Origin: Octopus sinensis
Taxonomy: Eukaryota
Direction of reading: 5' to 3'
Assembly (NCBI RefSeq): GCF_006345805.1
Contig: NC_042999.1
Coordinates: forward strand, 63,798,001 to 63,862,000
DNA length: 64,000 nt
Shown: positions 1 to 11,046 of the stretch, in pieces
Numbering within the stretch: the stretch's first letter is position 1
Layout: every line of letters starts with the position of its first letter
Position numbers and translations under genes: made by a program
The notes under the pieces: generated by a model
Database searches by the model: none
Seen by the model: the letters and a program-made list of their open reading frames with translations, nothing else
What the model was told of the DNA's origin: nothing

Positions 1-332
1 GATAGCCGAGAAAACCAGATCAGCTTCTCATAAAGGTAAATTTAAGAAACAAAAATCTTTATCAAGGCTACTTTTTTCTTTTATTTATCTTGTAAGTAAT
101 TCAAAACTATGTGGAAGTATTTATGTGTATTTCACATAATGTAGTACCAGGTCTTATCAATTCAATACTAGACTTATAAAACACAAACAAACCACGCAAA
201 GCTCATCAAGGTCTTTGCTTGATCAACTCAGAGAAAACAGTATTACGTGAAACTCATTTGATGTTTTGGTCTTGTTTCATATTTTAGAGCTTTATTAGAG
301 TAACGATTCTTTGTCTGATATTTTGTACATGA

Positions 333-816
333 CTCGTTGACAGAGCGGCTAACTGGCTTCCATGCCAGTGGCACATAAAAGGCACCATTCGAGTGTGATT
401 GTTACCAGCATCGCCTTACTGGCACTTGTGCCCGTGCTAGTAGGGTGCCAGGAGCACCATCCGAGCATGATCGTTGCCAGAGCAGCCAACTGGCTTCCAT
501 GCTGGTGGCACTTAAAAGGCCACCATTCGAGCGTGATTGTTATCAACATCACCTTACTGGTACCTGTGCTGATGGCATGTGTAAAAAGATTCGAGCAAGG
601 TCATTGCCAGTATCGCCTGACTGGCCCCGTGCCGGTGGCACATAAAAAGCACCCACTACACTCTCGGAGTGGTTGGCGTTAGGAAGGGCATCCAGCTGTA
701 GAAACTCTGCCAGATCAAGATTGGAACCTGATGCAGCCATCTGGTTTGCCAGCTCTCAGTCAAAATCGTCCAACCCATGCTAGCATGGAAAGCGGACTTT
801 AAACGATGATGATGAT
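333..816 (+). mobile_element. RTE 3'-UTR-derived repeat (long modular variant)
   Basis: repeated ggtggcac.taaaa.gcacc modules, ccatgctagcatgg palindrome, (GAT)n tail. Confidence 0.85.
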
Positions 817-1084
817 GTCTTCAAACATTGAGCAAATGGATAAATAGATGAAATGTGATTTTGAGTCATGTTATGTGTCATCTACTGAGATATGGAAAGT
901 TGCTATAGAGCAACCCTATTTAATCCATAGCAATATGGAAATGTAGATGTTAAAATGAAGATCATCATGGCATTGTCTATGTCACCAGTCATGGTATCAA
1001 GGGTTTGAGAATAGAAAAGTAATGAGTTGTAATTTTTATTAAAGCTGTCACATGGTACCATTTATTTTTGTTTTCTTTCTGTAG

Positions 1085-1212
1085 TTGAACGAGAGTTGGT
1101 AAATTATTGGAAGTCTTTATCATCACCACCAAGTGGAACAATTGAGAAAATATTTAACTCCAGATTAGAACCAGCATTAATTATAAACAGTCTGGTGTTG
1201 CAGATTGTCAAG
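1085..1212 (+). CDS. ICE1: ICE1-like (little elongation complex subunit 1) coding exon, first in window; gene begins upstream of window
   Basis: tttctgtag acceptor, AAG|gtaagt donor; reads (V)ERELVNYWKSLSSPPSGTIEKIFNSRLEPALIINSLVLQIVK; phase chains into the following exons. Confidence 0.7.
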
Positions 1213-2061
1213 GTAAGTAAACTTAAAGAGACTGGGAACTTAGCACCACACACCATATTAGAGTTTTATTGATTTTACAGAAAATGCAAGAAACTGTTTA
1301 AAACTACTTGGTTATCTAAGAGAAGTGTAACAACACAAACTCATTTGCCTGTTTTTCCATGATAGCATGGGTCGGACAGATATGTTATTAAAGTATTGTT
1401 TTACATCTGGATACCCTTTCTGCTGTGAACCCTTACCCGTTTTTCAATTAAGGGATCTCTTGTACCACATGTCTTCAAAATTATGAAGTGAATGGATGAT
1501 TTGTTGATATAAAACATGACAACACCACCATTGCTTGTAGCTCACAACTTTCATAAAACACAAATGTAAACAAGAACACAGACATACACACACACACAGG
1601 TTTCTTTTCAGTTTCCATCAATCAGATTCACTCACAATCCTAAAGTAAAAAAAAATTGTCCAAGGTGGTGTGCAGTAGGACTGAACCCCAAACTTCATGG
1701 TTAGGTAGTGACCTTTCTTAACCACTCAGTCATTCTCCCACCTGTCTTATAAATGTTTCAAAATATATTTTGAGGACAATAGCCTTATTGGCTCTCAGTA
1801 TCCAGTGAGTTAATTACTGTTTCACTGTGTTTGCAATGGTGTGAATGATAAGGGAATGTTTGTACAACTAAGAATTAGTACAATATGATGCTTTTGTACG
1901 AACATATCAGTTTATTAACAATTTTCTGGCTGATATACATCTACATATATCATCACTTTATGCCTGGCATTTATTGGACAGGTCTGACAAACATTTTAAC
2001 CACTTGTGTAATTTTATTATCAAACATACAACTGTGAAAACTAACCAGATTTGTTAATATA

Positions 2062-2442
2062 GGCGCAGGAGTGGCTGTGTGGTAAGTAGTTTGCTTACCA
2101 ACCACATGGTTCCGGGTTCAGTCCCACTGCGTGGCACCTTAGGCAAGTGTCTTCTATTATAGCCTCAGGCCAACCAAAGCCTTGTGAGTGGATTTGGTAA
2201 ATGGAAACTGAAAGAAGCCCGTCGTATATATATATATGTGTGTGTGTGTATGTGTGTCCCCTCAACATCACTTGACAACCGATGGTGGTGTGTTTATGTC
2301 CCCATAACTTAGCAGTTCGGCAAAAGAAGCCGATAGAATAAGTACTAGGCTTACAAAGAATAAGTCCTGGTGTCGATTTGCTTGACTAAATGCGGTGCTC
2401 CAGCATAGCCACAGTCAAAATGACTGAATCAAGTAAAAGAGT
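2062..2442 (+). mobile_element. tRNA-derived SINE family A, full length
   Basis: A-box-like tggctgtgtgg, B-box-like ggttcagtcc, central ccttaggcaagtgtcttct, internal (TA)/(TG) microsatellite, tail aagtaaaaga. Confidence 0.85.
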
Positions 2443-2774
2443 ATATATATATACCTGTGTGTGTATGTATCCTCTACAGCTAGACTATTTCTGCCTTTTG
2501 TTCATACTTCAACCTCTCATTACTTGGCATGAAGCCACCGTTCTCTGCATTACATCTACCCTTGGTTGAGGGATTTTTGTCTTGAAGGTTACTTGGTCAC
2601 TTCACTGGTGTTGGTGCCACATAATAAGCACCCTGTACAATTTGTAAAGGGCTTCAAGCTATAGAAATCCTGGCAAAATAAAAAGTAGAGCTTCATGCAG
2701 TTGTCTAGCTTGCCAGCATCTGTCAAACTGTCCACCCCATGCCAGTATGGAAAATGGATTTTAAAGGTTATAGT

Positions 2775-2808
<34 letters not shown>

Positions 2809-3627
2809 CTACATATATGACTGCTTGCTCTGTGTTTTCTAAGACCTTTGGAATAAAACAAAATCCCTAATTTGAAAACTGGTAAATGTTGGCAACAGGA
2901 AGAGCATCCAGCTCTAAAATCCAGCCTCAAATAACTTCTCACCCAAATATATGCTCACTCAAAAAACACAGATAAAATGGATATTGACTGAAGAAATGTG
3001 TGTGTGTGTGAGAGAGAGGGAGAGAGACACAAATGGAAACAACATAGGGTAAAGAGAACTCCTTAGTTTTGAAATTTGAATGGTAGTATCATTAGAAAGC
3101 TGTCCAAATGAGTCTATTGTTACACATTCTAGATGCAACCTTGAGAGCTGTTCAAATGATTCTGTTGCAACACATCCTAGAATGAATTAAAAAAAAAAAA
3201 CCCATACATTCCTCAACCTCTGAACACTTTACTGATCTAATTACCCAACCTTTCCTTTGAATTAGAATTTTCTGGAACCCTTCCTCTGCAGAAGTTTGAT
3301 CTAAACATCAACTATATTGATCTTAATAGTTTGGGGTGTGTGTGTGTGTGGGGGGCAGATAAGGGCACTGTCCTTCTTCAGAATAAATATTGTTTCTTAT
3401 ATTAGCACAAGGCCAAAAATGTATGTAATTAATTAGTTAATCAAGTCAGTGCCTGTGTTTGACCAATATTTTATTTTGTTAAACCACAGAAATTAAAAGC
3501 AGAATTTAAACATACATCATTTTATCCACTTTTCTTCTGATTCTGCCATTCAGAACCTATTACTATAATCATTTTTATATATAACTATCAACTTTTTTTT
3601 ACACATTTATTATTCATTTACTTTCAG

Positions 3628-3765
3628 TTGCTGGAGGCAAGTCAGTACGAAATGGTCCAGTGGTACTATATCCATTCTAATGCAGGACAACCAACACCTT
3701 ACCTTAGTGAAAAAGAAACTAGACTCTTTCAGCTTATCAGTGTTCTAAATGATCGACCAGATGTA
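3628..3765 (+). CDS. ICE1: ICE1-like coding exon
   Basis: ctttcag acceptor, GTA|gtaagt donor, 138 nt phase 0-0; LLEASQYEMVQWYYIHSNAGQPTPYLSEKETRLFQLISVLNDRPDV. Confidence 0.75.
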
Positions 3766-3941
3766 GTAAGTATAAGAAAATACCGTATTCCCAGAATACT
3801 GATAGCTAGTGTTGTTGCTCTTTAGCTCTAGGTTAGCTCAATGTTGGAAAGCTTTCTAACTGTAATTGTCTGATGTTTTGCAGACACAAAATGTACCTAG
3901 AATCTATTATTATTCAATGTGTCTTTTTTAAAAAACTGTCA

Positions 3942-4173
3942 GGGGCACATAAAAAGCCGTTGCCAGTACCGCCTAACTGGCCCTCGTGCCGGTGGCATGT
4001 AAAAGCACCCACTACACTCTCGGAATGGTTGCCGTTTGGAAGAGCATCCAGCTGTAGAAACTCTGCCGGATCAGATTGGAGCCTGGTGCAGCCATCTGGT
4101 TCACCAGACCTCAGTCAAATCATCCAACCCATGCTAGCATGGACAGTAGACGTTAAACGATGATGGTGATGAT
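3942..4173 (+). mobile_element. RTE 3'-UTR-derived repeat
   Basis: same terminal block and tail as 14810-14998. Confidence 0.8.
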
Positions 4174-4332
4174 GTTAGGTATGATTTGGGGGTGAGTTTT
4201 GCTACTATTTCTCACAAACTGAATAGCCATGCAGAGGATTCTGGCTTTCTCCCAGGAAACTAGTGACTGTGTTTTTTTTTTTTAGGTAAAAATCATTTTA
4301 GTAAGATCCATCATTATCTTCATCATCATTTA

Positions 4333-5213
4333 CGAGGTGCATTCAAAAAGTACCTGACTTTATTTTTTCCCACCAAAATTAATGCAGCAGGCAAAAATCC
4401 TTTGGGTGAGAGGTGACGCCACCCTTCCTGTGCATGTATGGAAAGTTTCATGCTGGTAGGTTGCATCAGTTCCCGGCTATTATGCTTAGAGTACAGATGT
4501 GTGGTGTGCACTTGTGAGATTTTCGTTTTCATCAAATGTATAGAGCAGAGATATTGCATCAAGTTTTCCCAAAAGCTTGGTGATACTGAAACCATCCAGA
4601 AGATTCAGCAGGCCTTTGGTGATGATACCATGGGCAAAAGCTCAGATCAAGGAATGGTACATCTGCTTCAAACATGGCCACACCGGGGGGGGGGGGGGGG
4701 GCTCATTCAGGCAAGCTGAAATGAGGAGCCGGTTGAATATGTTTGGTGAATAGGTATGGAAGACCATTGTGTAACAATCCAGGAAATTGTGGGGATAAGC
4801 ACAGGATCAGTGCATTCCATTTTAATTGTGCATGCAGAGTGTTGGCGAAATTTGTCTCCAAAGTGCTAGTGTAGCAGCAGAAGCAACACTACATGGAAAT
4901 CTTTCAGGACATACTGGACTGTGTAAACCACAACCCAAACTGCATGAAGACCATCATCACTGGTGATGAGACGTGGGTTTATGGTCTTTGCCTGATGCAT
5001 TTGGTCATCTTGCATGAAACGGAAAATCCGATGAGCGTGCACTACAGATCTGTACTCTAGGTGGAACAGCCAGTAACTGATGTGGCTAACTGGTGTGAAA
5101 ATTTTCATGCATGCACAGGAAGGGTAGTGTTGCCTTGCGCCCAAAAGATTTTGCCCCTGCAGCATTGGTTTTGGCAAGAAAAAATAAGTTGAATACTTTT
5201 TGAACTTACCTTG
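4333..5213 (+). mobile_element. Internally deleted mariner-type DNA transposon
   Basis: TA at both ends; imperfect TIR c(g/a)aggt...ttcaaaaagta; relic EQRYCIKFSQKLG..QQAFGDD and IITGDETWVYG. Confidence 0.85.
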
Positions 5214-5424
5214 TATGTGCATAGACATATGTATAGAGATGAAAGTCAACATAGACACACTTACATATACCTATATGTACATGGATGAATCTAAACACAT
5301 GTAAATTAGAGTCAGTATGTTCAGGAGAGAGAGTGATGGAATGACAAAAGCATTAGAATGGTAAACAAAGGCACAGTAGTTTGAAAGAATAAATATAGTG
5401 AATTTGTAAATTGTAGTTGCGATA

Positions 5425-5743
5425 CCTGTGCTGGTGGCACGTAAAAAGCACCATCCGAAGTGGCCAATGCCAGCACTGCCTTGACGGGTGTCCGTGCCGG
5501 TGGCATGTGAAAAGCACCAACCGCTCGTGGCTGTTGCCAGCCTCCTTTGGCCCCTGTGCAGGTGGCATGTAAAAAGCACCCACTACACTTACAGAGTGGT
5601 TGGCATTAGGAAGGACATCCAGTTGTAGAAACACTACCAGATCAGACTGGAGCCTGGTGCAGCCTCCTGACTTCCCAGACTCCGGTTCAACCGTCCAACC
5701 CATGCTAGCACGGAAAACGGATGTTAAATGATGATGATGATGA
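5425..5743 (+). mobile_element. RTE 3'-UTR-derived repeat
   Basis: similar to 14680-14998. Confidence 0.85.
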
Positions 5744-6082
5744 TATAATAGGTACAATGATGGACAAATAACATGGATTTACAGAATTATTAGAATACTG
5801 GGTTCACAAATCAGTAGAATGACAGTTGTTTATTTTATTTTATGTTTTTAAATCTTGTCTTTCATCTTTTTGAGATTAATAGCAGTGAAACACTGGGGTC
5901 AATATAATCATCTGTGCCTCTCTCTTCACTCGAAATTGTGAAATCTTATACTTTTTAGAAATCATTGTTATTGGTAAAAGAAAGGATTTTTAAAAAATAA
6001 TAGTGATAATAATAATTGTTATTATTAATGATAAAAAAATTATTATTTACATTTTCATTTATTAATTTTTTTTCTTTTCTAG

Positions 6083-6174
6083 AATGAATTTATCCCTAAA
6101 CTCTGTGATAGTATTCAGAAAGCTGTGTACAACTATGGCAAGGAATCAAACCATTTAGGAAGATGGTCTCTTTG
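6083..6174 (+). CDS. ICE1: ICE1-like coding exon
   Basis: polypyrimidine+ctag acceptor, TG|gtaagt donor; NEFIPKLCDSIQKAVYNYGKESNHLGRWSL. Confidence 0.8.
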
Positions 6175-6640
6175 GTAAGTTATTCAGCATATATATTTAT
6201 ATAAGTGTGTGTGTTTGAATTGAAAGTTTTTGTTTTTTTGCCTTTTCTACGTCTATTTTCCTCCATTAATGTGGGCAGGTGTAATTTACAATATGTTCAT
6301 ATTTGTTTGCGTTTATGGATTTTTAGCTGGTTGTTAGCTATTTTCTTATTGCTGACTAATCAGTGAACCAAAGAGTGAGACAGGATTGGAACCGGCTGAC
6401 TAATGTACTTTGCTGAAGAATACAACGCAGCCAATGAGATAACTTTTACTTAGATGCTTGACCAGCTAAAAATAGCAGAAGAAATTAGATAATGTGGTCT
6501 TAGATACATTATGTCATAATGGTCAAGTTAGAATGTTTTTGGTCATGAATCTGCTCAATCAGATCTCACATGGGATCAAACAACAACAATATAGTTGTAG
6601 CATATTATATATTGAACTATGGACCATATGTTCAGGAGAC

Positions 6641-7102
6641 ATCATCATCATTTAATGTCCGCTTTCCATGCTAGCATGGGTTGGACGATTTTGACTGAGG
6701 GCTGCACCAGGCTCCAATCTTGATCTGGCAGAGTTTCTACAGCTGGATGCCCTTCCTAATGCCAACCACTCCGAGAGTGTAGTGGGTACTTTTATGTGCC
6801 ACCGGCATGGGCGCCAGTCAGGCAGTACTGGCAACGGCCTCACTTGAACCTTTTTACACGTGCCACCGGCACAGGTGCCAGTGAAGCAATGTTGGTAATG
6901 ACCACACTTGAATGGCGCCCTTTTACGTGCCATGGTGGAAGCCAGTTGGCTGCTCTGGCAATGATCACGCTCAGATTAGCACCCTACTAGCACATGCACA
7001 AGCGCCAGTAAGGCAACGCTGGTAACAATCATACTCGAATGGTGCCCTTTTATGTGCCACTGGCACAGAAGCCGGTTAGTCACTCTGTCAACGATCAGCC
7101 GC
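6641..7102 (-). mobile_element. RTE 3'-UTR-derived repeat (long variant)
   Basis: reverse complement of the 333-816 type. Confidence 0.85.
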
Positions 7103-7224
7103 TCTGTCAAAATTTATAGCTACCTTATCTGTTCTTATTTGGTTTTATAGCTCAGATGATACTAAGGAAGTAACAATCAGTTATAGATAAGTTTAACTTT
7201 CAGTGGGCACTCAGAAAGTATTTT

Positions 7225-7430
7225 CTCGGCAAAAGTGGTGAGTGGCAGAATTGTTTGCATGTTGGACCAAATATTTAGCAGTATTTCTTCCAGCTCTTTA
7301 CATTCTGGGTTCAAATCCTGTTCAGGTCACCTTTGCCTTTCATTCCTTTGGGGTCAACAATATAAAGTGTCAGTCGAGCACTGGGATCAATGTAATTGAC
7401 TTGTCCCCTCCCTTCAAAATTGCTGGCCAT
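7225..7430 (+). mobile_element. SINE family B-related, diverged
   Basis: gagtggcagaattg...gggttcaaatcc...tttgcctttcattcctttggggtc; similar pieces at about 21440, 31040, 31800, 32860. Confidence 0.65.
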
Positions 7431-8079
7431 CACCCTACAACAAACCAGTATCCCCAATCATAGGGGATGTTGTGGTATTGGTCATTTGTATGCAGTGCAA
7501 ACTGGATAACTTGTCTACCGAGTCCTAGGGGTTGAAACTATAGTGTGTGTGTGTGTGTGTGTGTGTGTAAGTTGAGTAGTTAGTGAATTTTGGAAGATAA
7601 AGATCTGTATCCAGTTGCCAGGGTTCCATGGTCTTTAGAGATCTGCTATTTATATAACTGGTTACTGGCAAAATTCCTTGTGAGTGAATCCAAGTCCTCT
7701 AAATGATCAAATCTGAGTTTGTACCATTGAACTCTCTACTCATTTTCTCGCTGGCTACTGTTAAGGGTACATGTGTCTCTAGAATAACTCAGCAGCTTAC
7801 ACATTAATTTCAGAAGTAGGTGGTCAGACTAACAGGCTAGTCAGTTTATTATTTCAGTGCAGTAGTTACTTTTAGAGATGGTTTGACTTACTTTGGAAGA
7901 TTGATATTATAGAAATGGAAGTTTTTTATAGTCACATATATAGCTGTCATTGTATGATCATCATAAGATTCATTACTGAGTATCTCTCTCTCTCATGCGC
8001 GCGCACACACACACACACACACACACAGACTATAACATTTGGAAATTGTATCTAACATCTCTACTTTCTTTCATTTCAG

Positions 8080-8111
8080 CCGTGTATATATTGCTTTATG
8101 CCGTCTTCAAG
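8080..8111 (+). CDS. ICE1: ICE1-like 32-nt coding exon
   Basis: catttcag acceptor, G|gtgaga donor; (C)RVYIALCRLQ; joined SLCRVYIALCRLQGHLSTARIFFY resembles, from memory, human ICE1 ALCRVYVGICRQLGDLERARLFCY. Confidence 0.85.
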
Positions 8112-8185
8112 GTGAGACCTTTATTTATATTTTAAAAACAATTTTACCACCCATCAAGTGAAGGTCAGCTTCATGAAACCTGTAT

Positions 8186-8407
8186 TTAACCCTTAAGCAT
8201 TTTAAGCGCCCATATCCTGTCCAAATATTCTTGTTTTATGCTCAAACCAACCAGATCTGGCTTGTCACACCTACGCTACTATGTCATTCTAAAAATAAAC
8301 AATCTCATCATCAAAATCATAAAGCTACAAGATAATGCATGGTTAATTAAAACAATGTGAATGAATAATTATTACATTTGACAGAAAAACCTGAATGCTG
8401 AAGAATA
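8186..8407. mobile_element. Possible piggyBac-type MITE
   Basis: TTAA+ccct..agcatt at the left end, degenerate aatgctgaag..taa at the right end. Confidence 0.4.
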
Positions 8408-8688
8408 AATCAGTATTTGTTCCATCTACCTAGTTTAGTTTGATATGCAAATGTATCTAGGTGTATATTTATCTATTCTCTTTATCTAACTTGTCCTACT
8501 TTTTACTATTTCCAAATCACAACTCCATGCATGCAGCTGTGTATGTACATAAGTTTTAAGGTCCTGCTATGCACTTGTGTGTATTTTAGTATTGATCTGT
8601 ATGTGTGTTTGTGAGTATGTGTGTCTGTTCTGTCTATTTAGGTTACTCATATTAGCTTACTCATCATATTTGACCCACAACTCTGTAA

Positions 8689-8689
<1 letters not shown>

Positions 8690-8728
<39 letters not shown>

Positions 8729-8768
8729 TGTGTGTGTGTGTGTGGTGTGTGTGTGTGTGTGTGTGTGT
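8690..8768. repeat. (TG)n microsatellite (others at 2779, 7543, 8004)
   Basis: direct reading. Confidence 0.95.
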
Positions 8769-9302
8769 GCATATGTGCCCTGCACATGTTAAAAGATAAA
8801 GTTTAAGCTTTGTTACTGATTTATCAAGACTAGGTGATAGATTAGGTTGTAAGGAATTCCAGACAGTCTATGAGTTCAGCTAACTGATTTGAAGATAAAG
8901 TCAGTGTTTGTTATATGCAAGTGTTTGTTAGATGAAAGAGGTCATTGAGAATTATCTGGATTATGGTAAGATACCTGGAATTGCCAATTCCAAATGTAAG
9001 CATGTCAAGATTGATGCAAAAAAATATCCATTCTTTACATGCTATATCAGAAAGAAAAAAAAACAAAACAATTTCACTGCATAGGTAAATGATATTGTTT
9101 ATGTTTAACATAAAAACATGTTCAGCTGTTGAGCAGATAATCCTTCAAAGGACCAAAGGACTAAGTACTTTACTTTGAAATGCATAATGACTGGTGATAG
9201 GAATGACATCAGGTGGTAGAATACTGCCTTAACAAGTCCTGTTCAACCTATACTTGCATGGAGAAAGTACACATTAAAAAAACAGAAAAATGTTTAAATA
9301 TA

Positions 9303-9563
9303 GGTGCAGGAGTAGCTGTGTGGTAAGCAGCTTGCTTACCAACCACATGGTTCCGGGTTCAATCCCACTGTATGTCACCTTGGGCAAGTGTCTTCTACTA
9401 TAGCCTTGGGCCGACCAAAGCCTTGTGAGAGGATTTGGTAGACGGAATCTGAAAAAAAGCCCGTCATATATATGTATATATATGTGTGTGTGTCTGTGTT
9501 TGTCCCCCCCTCCAACATTGCTTGACAACCGATGCTGGTGTGTTTACATCCCCGTAACTTAGC
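9303..9563 (+). mobile_element. SINE family A, 3'-truncated at an RTE fragment
   Basis: same head and body as 2062. Confidence 0.85.
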
Positions 9564-10108
9564 CCTTTGTCACCAGCAGGGGTAGAAGCTTTCTAAACTT
9601 TGCCCAGGCTATTCTTATTCTAGTGGTAACACTCTCAGAGCATCCACCCCCACTACTAACTTGGTCACCTGGGTAGCGGAAACTATCAACTACTTCTAGT
9701 TTCTCTCCGTGGAGTGTGATGGAATCTGTTTTCTTAGCATCTGTAGTGTTTATTGCTCCTGTGCATCTGCCGCACATGAAAGCTATCTTCCCAGTTAATC
9801 TTTCTTTGATGTTGCTTCACCTCTTATGTGTCCATAGCTTACACTGGGTACATCTTATGGAGTTTCTACCTACACCTTTTCTACAGATCCAGCAGGGTCT
9901 CCTACCTGAAGGGTTCCTACTTACTAGAACTTTGGTCTTTGCTACATTGACTCTAAGGCCTTTTGATTCTAAACCTTGCTTCTACACCTGAAATTTCTTC
10001 TCTAGTTCTGCTATGAGGGCCAGGTCATCAGCATAGAGGGGCTCCCATGGGGCAACCTGTCTTGAATTCCTCTGTTATTGCCTGGAGGACTATGATGAAT
10101 AAAAGGGG
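9563..10108 (-). mobile_element. RTE RT/PHD fragment, same family as the full element
   Basis: translates PLLFIIVLQAITEEF...ADDL and MCGRCTGA...EVVDSFRYPGDQVSSGGGC..LLVTKG; abuts a truncated SINE. Confidence 0.9.
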
Positions 10109-10611
10109 ACATCAAACATTTGAGATTTTGAGATTAATAACCAAAAGAAAAAGCTTTGGAAAAAATTTATTTTATAGATTTGTCTGGATATAATATAAAA
10201 TGTAAGAAGTTCTTTAATAAACAGTGTAACTTAATACTGCCCTATATATACATTGACTTACAGCTGGCCCAGCTACCCTCTTTTATTGCGATATTACTAC
10301 AAATCAAAAACTGATTTTTAATCTGATGACAATGTGATAATACTGGGAAACAACGAGCCGGCTTTAAGGTCTCGATTCTACATCTTGCTGACAAAACACT
10401 GACTCGAAAAATGACCAGCTAAGCGAATTTAACTTACAACCTGTCATTCATATTCATTTTTTAAGCGTTGATTCGTAACCCTAAATCCCGTTTCTCTATT
10501 ATTTGTTTCGCCATCTTGTATGCATGGCTTCCTGTCTGTCATGCATTTTAAATTCCTCCTTTAATTTCAGTGTCATCCCGTTGTTATTCCATCCCCAGAA
10601 TTCACTACAAT

Positions 10612-10889
10612 ATTCTCCCTCTCTCCTATTTATATTATGTTTTAATCGAACCCCGAAGTTTCTAGATGTTCAGTAATTTCTGTCGCAGAAAATTCCCTAC
10701 GTATTAACTTAAAACCTGTTGTTCCTTCGTCGTTATTCCTTTCCCCAAAGATACCCTAAATTCCCTACGAAATATTTTCTCTCTCTCTTATTTATATTAC
10801 GTTCTCCTCGAACCCCGAAGTTCCTAGATGTTCAGTAATTTCTGTTGCAGAAAATTCCCTACGTATTAACTTAAAACCTGTTGTTCCTT
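10612..10889 (+). repeat. Tandem duplication, period about 162 bp, upstream of the RTE ORF
   Basis: cgaaccccgaagtt(t/c)ctagatgttcagtaatttctgt(c/t)gcagaaaattccctacgtattaacttaaaacctgttgttcctt starts at 10647 and 10809. Confidence 0.9.
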
Positions 10890-11046
10890 GGAGGTGACCC
10901 CGCCCTCCCACCCCTCTACCAGAACCGGAAGTTTCTGTTTTCTATCTTTCTTGACCCCCCCCCCCCGCACCCCTATGTAGGGTTTATTGTGATCATATAG
11001 CGCAAAAACTTTGAAATTTATGCAGGTTGTAGTCTAGAGTCTCAGT

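Noticed and set aside
349-740. Numerous 60-240-aa ORFs over RTE-tail and SINE copies (e.g. 362-682, 14246-14959, 56805-57224)
   Set aside because: Recurrent translations of non-coding repeats on both strands; no domain signatures.
10200-10400. Target-site duplication and 5' HDV-like ribozyme for the full RTE
   Set aside because: No copy of the 3' flank (acactctgcatt) found upstream, and I could not fold an HDV pseudoknot by eye despite a gcgaat motif near 10426; needs an RNArobo/Infernal search.
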